Below are positions 56,334-64,000 of a DNA stretch of 64,000 nucleotides, in pieces. The first letter of the stretch is position 1, and each line of letters starts with the position of its first letter. This DNA is from Macrostomum lignano (Eukaryota), in assembly GCA_002269645.1 (NCBI GenBank), contig NIVC01003363.1:3868-67867 (forward strand), written 5' to 3'. A program made the translations under genes and the position numbers. Below the pieces are notes generated by a model. That model had not been told where the DNA came from. It saw only the letters and a list, made by a program, of their open reading frames with translations, and ran no database searches.

Positions 56334-59037
56334 ATGTCCGCCGCCGCAGCCTCCACAGTGGGCAGCCGCCTCTGCGACGCCTTCGCAGCCGGTGTGGCCG
56401 CCGTAGACCCGGAGTCGCTGGTGCGCCGCTCCATCGAGCTGCTCAGCGACGTCCAGGATGGAGAAGTTTTGCGCCTGCGGATCCGCAGCAGCGCCGGCGA
56501 ATGTCGCGACTTTGACGTCGCAGGCGGCGTCGGCTTTGTGGCCTTCGGCAAGGCTGCCGGCGGGATGGCGTGCGGACTGCCGCTGGCGCGCCTCGGCCGG
56601 CGCTTTCTGGGTGGCGTCGTGCTGGCGCCGGCGCCGACGCGCGCTGAACGGAGCGCCGGGCTGGGCTTTCGTCTGCCGGACGATAGCGGCCTGGCAAGCC
56701 GCATTCGGGTGCGTCTGACGCTTGGTTGGCCGGGTTGTCATGCGATCCACTTCCATGAGGCCAGCCCCCAAGGCCCAGAGTGTACATGTGCGATGATTGG
56801 GAGAGGGCGTTGCGCCAGGGTGACTGAGGTGTCACGAGATTCAGATATCCAATTAGCTGTCAGAGCCGGTTCGTCTACTGATAAGTAGAAAGTAGAGAAT
56901 GTGGCGCGGAAAGCTTGTAGGGCGGACAGAATTGTTGCAGAGTGTAATTGCTGTTTAGCTAATGGGTGGAATCGAGCCTTGGTCAGCTGATGGTTTTGTC
57001 TCGCATAGAGACGCCTAACCGCAGTACCCCTGTGAAACTTGTCTCTGCCAGGCCGAAAGCTTGTCATGAGTTAGTAGGCTGGGTTGGAGGGTAATAGTGG
57101 ATCAGGAAGGGCTGTGGTAGCTGTATAGGTAGGCAGGCCTATACCTGTTCCAGTTGGTGCTCTGACGGTCCCCCTCGGAGTGCCCTCTGAGCGAACAGCC
57201 AGCGACTCTATTAAAGCTGTAGTGTGCCAAAACCAGGACTGAGTCTGAACAGGACGGGACCGTTGACACGGTCACTATAGAAATGGTGGGTTGGCGAAGC
57301 AAAGGGTGAAATAGTCCCGGCGATTAGCCCTCCTGCCGCTTCAAAGATAAGAGACTGTCTTGGCAAGAGTACCCGGGGGTGGTGGGCGGTCGGCCCCAGC
57401 GGGTAGCCACGGCCTTCGGTCTTCGGACCAACGCTAATAGGCTATGGGGTCTACTAACCAGGATTTTTTGGGCACGGGCTTCCTGACTGGTACGTCGAAC
57501 CCTCGCTGTCCCCGGGGAGGTTTAGATAAGCCAAATGGGTTTGGGATAGGCGTACGATCTGAGGGTCGGGGGTCGAGGGCCCGCTCTCGGCCTGACTGGC
57601 GCCGCTTGCCCGGCTCGATGTACAGTCCTCTCAGCTCTAATTAGGATCTTAGTGTACATTAGTACACTCCCAACCTGGAATCTATATTTATCTCTAGTGG
57701 CGGAAGAGCCTGTTCAATGGCTGAGGCGCCTTATTACTTATTTAGTTAGTTAGTTAGCCTTGGTCAGCTGATAAAACCCGGGTAAATTCTGAGCACCTGG
57801 CCGCGCCAACCCGCAGGTGTTCGAGGGTCCCCGCGACAACCTGCCAGACGAGACGGTGCTGATGGGCAGCCGGGCCGTGTCCGACTTGATTGACAGCCTC
57901 GGCCCCGGCGACCTCCTGGTTGCCATGGTGACCGGCGGCGGCAGCGCTCTGCTGGCCTGGCCCCGCCTGCCGCTGCCGGACTACCGGGCCGCCACCCGGG
58001 CGCTGTCCACCGCCGGCTTCTCCATCGCGGAGCTCAACGCCGTCCGCGCCCGTCTGGATGCCGTGAAGGCCGGCGGTCTGGCGCTCCGGTGCCGCGCGCG
58101 CGGCTGCCAGCTGGCTGGCCTCGTCCTCTCCGACGTTGTCGGCGACCCGCTTGAGGTGATCGCCAGCGGGCCCACGGTGCCGGTGGCTCCGGCTGCGGCC
58201 GGCGCGGCTCTGCAGGCCGCCTTGGAGACCGCGCGGCTGCGGGGCGTCGACGCCCGGCTGCCGCCAACTGCACTGAAGCTGCTGCAGGCTGATGAGGCTG
58301 CGGCTCCGGCGCCTGTGGCAGCGCCCGCGGTGGCGAATTTCATCGTCGGCAACAACCGGACGGCGTTGGAGGCCGCTCGACTTCGGTTGCTCGACGCCGG
58401 TGCCCCGGGACCCGCTTCCTGGCAGCCGTTGTCATGACAACCGAGCTGGCTGGTGACGTGTCCGCCGTGGCGGAGCGGGTCCACGCCTGGCTGGCCTCGC
58501 TGCTCCGCCTGATGCTCCGCGCCGACGCCGCTGACACCGCCGACACCGCCGACTTCCCAAGCCTAGGCGAAGGCGACGCGGCGAAGCTGGCCGAGGCTGT
58601 CGCTATCTGGCGCGCTGCCGGCGGCTCCGGCGGCATCGCCCTGCTGGCCGGAGGTGAGCCGACCGTCGACACAACCGGCGCTCTGAACGGCGTCATCGGC
58701 GTCGGCGGCCGCGCCGGCCACCTGGCGCTGCTGCTGGCTGAGCGGCTCGGCCGCTGGCCGGCAGAGACCGTCCAAGGACGCCCTGGCGACCCACCGTGCT
58801 GACAGCGGGCACCGACGGCATCGATGGTCCGACCGAGGCGGCTGGCGGTCTGGTGGACTCGGACACGTGGCCGAGAGCGGCCGCCCGGCTGGGTGAGGGC
58901 CGCTGCCGGGCCGCCCTGGCCGCTTCGATTCGCACTCGCTGCTGGCTGAGGCGGGCGGCGAGCCGCCGGCGCTGTTCCAGCCGGGGCTGACGGGCACGAA
59001 CGTCATGGACCTGGTGATCGCGGCGCTGCACGACTGA
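56334..59037 (+). CDS. GLYCTK: Glycerate kinase, arm-2 copy, two exons, three apparent frameshifts
   Basis: Exon 1 56334-56708, intron 56709-57816, exon 2 57817-59037. C-terminal motifs LAGGEPTV, VLTAGTDGIDGPTEAAGGLVD and GLTGTNVMDL are recovered only by shifting frame near 58410, 58790 and 58920. AATAAA at 59152-59157. Confidence 0.88.
56992..57755 (+). mobile_element. Non-coding non-LTR retroposon (arm-2 copy)
   Basis: 17-bp TSD AGCCTTGGTCAGCTGAT (56975-56991, 57756-57772) and a (TTAG)n tail. Confidence 0.75.
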
Positions 59038-59218
59038 CGGGCGCTCGGTGCGGACTGCCCGCTTCTCGCGTGGCTCCGATGCGCGTGCGGAATTCGCGTG
59101 TAAATAGATTAGCGGTGCAGTTCCTGATTTTCCCGATTTCATAATTCTTCCAATAAAAATTTGCTGAAGATACGCAAAACTGCAACTGACATGCCAGAAA
59201 GCTTTCGCTTTTGTCTTG

Positions 59219-59679
59219 TACATGTAGCGGCTGGATAAGTAACCTCTGCCATCATATATACATGTAGCGGCTGGATAAGTAACCTCTGCCATCATATATA
59301 CATGTAGCGGCTGGATAAGTAACCTCTGCCATCATATATACATGTAGCGGCTGGATAAGTAACCTCTGCCATCATATATACATGTAGCGGCTGGATAAGT
59401 AACCTCTGCCATCATATATACATGTAGCGGCTGGATAAGTAACCTCTGCCATCATATATACATGTAGCGGCTGGATAAGTAACCTCTGCCATCATATATA
59501 CATGTGGCGGCTGGATAAGTAACCTCTGCCATCATATATACATGTAGCGGCTGGATAAGTAACCTCTGCCATCATATATACATGTAGCGGCTGGATAAGT
59601 AACCTCTGCCATCATATATACATGTGGCGGCTGGATAAGTAACCTCTGTCATCATATAAACATGTAGCGGCTGGATAAG
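59219..59679. repeat. 40-bp minisatellite downstream of glycerate kinase
   Basis: Unit TACATGTAGCGGCTGGATAAGTAACCTCTGCCATCATATA, about 11.5 nearly identical copies. Confidence 0.95.
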
Positions 59680-62400
59680 CGAGATCGCCAGTCACAGATT
59701 AGTACGGCGAGGAGCCATTATCGTCCGGATTGATCTGCAGGCTAAACAAGACGCGATAGCTGTATAGCTGAGTTAACCAACAATGACCAACCAACTTAAA
59801 CTAGTTTTAAAAGTGCGGTGTACTAGACTCTCTCAGTCATACCGTTAGCCTTGGAGTTAAACGGCTGATGTGCGTATGTAGTGGACTCCAAGAATTCGAA
59901 GGTTCACCAGATTGGCCATCATGCAGCTTTGAACAAAATTGGGCCCCTTGATCTGTGATCAACGTAAGCGGCGGACCAAAGCTGCGCAAACCAAGTGGTT
60001 CACAACGGCCATACTGACATGGTGATGGTCAGCAATTTGGCACAGCCTCAACCCAGCATGTGTACATCTACCATGATGAGTAGGTACACGTAGAGTGGCC
60101 CGTAGAGTGGCCGTGGATCTGCGTCGATTATAGCATAGGGTAACGTTAGCAGACTGACTTACATGAAAGTCAATGTGTACTGTGATGAAGCGCTGTGTAA
60201 AGTGAAGGCAATTGATGTAGCGGGCGACATACATGTATATGTATGTGACAACCGATTTTGGCAGTCTGGCAGTCAGTGCATTCTACATCCATCGCTGTAC
60301 ATCCGACTTTATAAGGGGCCAAAAGAAGCGGTGGGCGATTGATAGTTGATAAATGACATACATGTAATGACGTTTTGTCCATCAATAAATGACAATGGTA
60401 GTTGATAATTGATAGATGTAGTGCGCATGAGAGTACTTTCTCAATAGGTTTATGCAAAGTTTATGATTTTTAAGAAGAACTATATATTTTAGGGTTTTTC
60501 AAATGTAACAAAATCCGTTACATTTTGTTTCCGTTACATTTGTAATATTTTACAAATTCTACAATTTGTAGATTTCTAGAATAAAAATTGAACAGACATT
60601 TTATTTCAACTTTTCCATGCTTTTTGTTGTGTAGACGAGACTTGAAGTTTCCAGTTGTAGTTGCAAAGTAAAGTGCTAGGTGCGCACAGTGCTTTATTTA
60701 TATTTTAGTCATAAGAAAACTACCTAATAGATATTTTATCCACGCACTAGAAAAACTGCACGATCGATAAATTAAAGAGCCAGAGATGTCACGTGATTAA
60801 TAATACATTATACAGATAATTTATCAACTACTCTACTTAAAGTGGCCGTATAAGTAAAAGACAAGAATAATATTAATATAGTTTGCATTTACGTTACATC
60901 ATACTTATAGTAGAAATATCCGCGTAATAATTTTATCATTAAGTTGGTCAAGTTACACGACACAACACTTTTCTGGTATACACTGGAACGTAATTGACAC
61001 GATAAAAGTAAGAGTCTCGGAAATGTGTAACATTGAATTAAATTAAAGGTTCAAAATAGGGTCAGGACATTGATAATAGTTTCTTTATTTTCGAAACTGG
61101 TGAATTTAAACAAAAGACAACTTTTTCAGGTTTTTACTTTTAATTATACAGAAAAATTTTTTCTACAAAATGACACTTAAGCATGTGGCTATAAGTATGT
61201 GCTACCACCATTGCAGAAATATAGGCATCCTAAACTTCAATTAAGAAAATCAAAATGTACCTTATTTATCCAATTTTTGAAAAATTCTTGCTCCCCTATT
61301 TTTCAAAAAGTCCGTGCATGTACATGTAAGGTGTCCTTTTGTAAATCAATATATATATATATGAGAGTATTTTCGCTATAGCAGGTTTATATGCAAAGTT
61401 TTCGAGACATTTACAAAAAAAACAAAATATTGTACTTCTATAAGTACTTAATTGAATTGGGTATTTAGATTTAATAATTTACATGCGTCGATAGAAAACT
61501 TGTATTGGTCAAAATTATCATGAAGCATATTATATATAGAGTATGCGTCAGTCAAGTGAGGGGAGGGGGGGCTGAGCAATCGATAGCAATCGCAACGTAC
61601 ATGATTGGGCCAGGATGGAGTGGCTGGGGTGCAGGTGAGCCAAAGACCACTGAAGTCCTTGAGGTGAGCATACAATGAAATACAATTACAAGTACATCAC
61701 TGACAGTAGGGGGCAGAAAAAAATTGACGCATTTAAACAAAAATCCAAATATTATTCAATAAATTTCCTGTGATTTTAATCACTTCAACGTAAATTATAT
61801 TGTTTGCTGCATTGAGCAGTTGCTTTATTCAGGTTACATTTTCCCTAGAAAGAACCGTTATAGAGTTACTTTTAGGCATTTTTCGAATACAAAAGTGCTG
61901 TCGAATTTCCGTTTTTTGTGATTTCATTGTAAAATTCCTTATTTTCGACGCATTTCGACATCTGCTGGCACAGAAATCAAGGGACCAAACATGTGACAAA
62001 TTTAGAGCAATTTTTTATCAAAATTCGTTATCGAAAATTGTTTCCCAGACCAGCTCACTATCAACTCTCTTCGGTCGTAATTCTCGTAACTATAGTAACT
62101 AATGAAGGTACAACCAACACAGATGATAGATTCTTCTAACGCTGAAAAATGTTCTATTCAAAAGCGATATAAGCAGCTCTCAGAAATTGAAAATTTCGCA
62201 CAAAGTCGATCTGTTCCCTTTAACCCTACCATTCACTAATAACTCAATCGCTAATTATTTGGAAGTTAACAAAAAATGTCAGTGAAATGGTCTGCATGGT
62301 AGCTGGCTCACATTTTTCTGACCCCGGCCACCCCCTCTTCCAGTCACCAAAATTCAGCTGCAGGAGATGCACAGCAGCAGGTCGTAGCACATGCAAACAG

Positions 62401-64000
62401 TCAAGGCTCAGTCATCATTCGGTATGCAGCTGGCGCACGACATAAGCCGGCTGCTCCAAGACCAAGAGCAGCCGCGATCGCCACAGTGGAGAGGAAGCCA
62501 AGTACGAAATGAGGCGATGCAGTCATCACTACAGCAGTTGTGATCACTCCAGCAACTGCAGCTACAAACAGGAATATCGCTCTCTTCCTTTCAACACGAA
62601 ACTCATTGCCAGACATTCTGTTGCGAGAATAATTGCGAGTTATTCTGATCAGCTTGATGATAAACATAGCAACAGCTATTGCAATGGCAATTGATTCACA
62701 GACTACAGTGCCCTTATCCGGAATAAAAGAAACTGTGGCTTCTGTTTCAGGTGATACTTTTGTCAGAATCTTTAACACCGCCACCACCTTCATCAGTTCA
62801 TTGAACGGCTGCCAGCACGAGCGGAATTCTTAATTGCATCGTACCACTGCCTTGAATACTTGCGTCCCAGAGTCAGATAATTCACAAGATGCTCACAGTT
62901 GAAGTACCTCAGATCGTAGATCTGCATCCCACGCAGCTCATTGAATTTCTTCTCAACTTCGATCCAGTCAATCTCCCGGTTGTGAACAACTTTATCAACT
63001 TTGCTGTTCTCATTGATTTGCAGAATTCCCGTGACCCGCCTGACTCCTAACTGCAGACTGTGATCCTCCTCAAACTCATAAGTCACTGCATTCCAAGTCT
63101 GCGACGGCTGATCCCAGCTTGTCAGAACATAATGTACTTCCTGCTCTTTGCCGTGTATTTTTTTGACAAGTTTTATATGGTCTGAGTCCCTCAAATCATT
63201 TCCTTTGACTACTCTCTCCTGCAGTGATTCAGGCCTCGACCTGCGTTTATCTTTATAGCCAACAAGTCACTGAAGCTGCCTCCAGTTCTCAACCAAAAGC
63301 AGAAGTCAGCACTGCTCATTTTGTTTGCTGCATCAATGAATTTTAGACCCATCACAGAATCATACCTGTCACTCAAATCGTTACAGTCTGCTCCATCATA
63401 AATAAATCTAGTCACAGTTTGATCTGCTGGAATGCTCAAGTTCTCTGCTCTCACTCTCTTTAACTCACTGTTATTCTCATAAAGTGTCACACGAACCAGA
63501 TCACAGTGACCAGCCACTGTTTCACAGTGACACATCAGTGCATGATGATCATACACAGATTTATTGGCAACACTGAAACGTGGGAAGCGAATGTGCCCTC
63601 TGTTAAAGTCCAGCAGCTGCTGAGCTGAATGAACTCTCACTCTGCACTGCTCTCTGTTACTCGCATGCTTGATGCTGCACCATCTGGCAAAGTCTCGGCT
63701 GCTGTTCAACTCAATGTCATGCTCGCGCTCGCCTTCACGAGACAATGCTCTGCTCACAACTTCATCAGGTGAGCAGCGGGTGCGCTCCATCGCTTGGTAC
63801 TTTATCAAGTAAACTGCGTCCTTGTTTACATTGTCAAGGTAAGTTGCATTGCACAATCTCAAACTGAGTATCAAATGACCTTTTGAATTTGATCGCGTAT
63901 GTCATAACTGTCAACTTCATTTCTTGTTTCGGTCATGCGTTTGGTCGATTTCTTTGTCATTTTGATCATGAACAGCAATCACAACATAATGTGAGTATGG
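62401..64000 (-). pseudogene. Frameshifted tandem LRAT/PLAAT (HRASLS, NlpC/P60-like) domain gene with C-terminal hydrophobic helices; 5' end outside the window
   Basis: YDLRYFNCEHLVNYLTLGRKYSRQ is a typical LRAT NC motif. The upstream segments SPDEVVSRALSREGE..NSSRDFARWC and MSSADFCFWLRTG look like degenerate repeats. ORFs 63209-63874, 62793-63194 and 62401-62793 join by frameshifts. Confidence 0.65.

Larger units (their letters stand above)
26173..58658 (-). repeat. Arm 2 of a large inverted duplication (reverse complement of about 1-23150, plus insertions)
   Basis: Position 1 corresponds to 58658. All genes, introns and satellites recur in inverted order, with scattered SNPs and indels. 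Confidence 0.97.

Noticed and set aside
59700-62300. Small ORFs between the 40-bp array and the LRAT-like gene
   Set aside because: No recognisable domains or consistent exon structure; nothing could be supported.

Overview
Eukaryotic (metazoan) genomic DNA with GT-AG/GC-AG introns, GC-rich exons and minisatellite-filled introns. This architecture resembles the flatworm Macrostomum (inference only). Most of the window is one large inverted duplication around an 806-N gap (25367-26172): arm 1 (1-~23150) mirrors arm 2 (26173-58658). Each arm carries glycerate kinase, glia maturation factor and importin-beta. Arm 2 alone has two insertions between GMF and importin-beta: an apparently intact 8.9-kb Ty3/gypsy LTR retrotransposon (42105-50983, minus strand) and a 1.5-kb hAT element with a nested long-TIR MITE. 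The most unusual feature is a third ORF in the retrotransposon, at the position where env normally sits. It encodes a complete DnaJ/Hsp40 J-domain (HPD motif), an acidic linker and an unknown C-terminal domain, and is preceded by promoter-like signals of its own. The right end holds a frameshifted gene with tandem LRAT/PLAAT-like domains. All alignments, folds and family calls were made by eye; no database searches were run.
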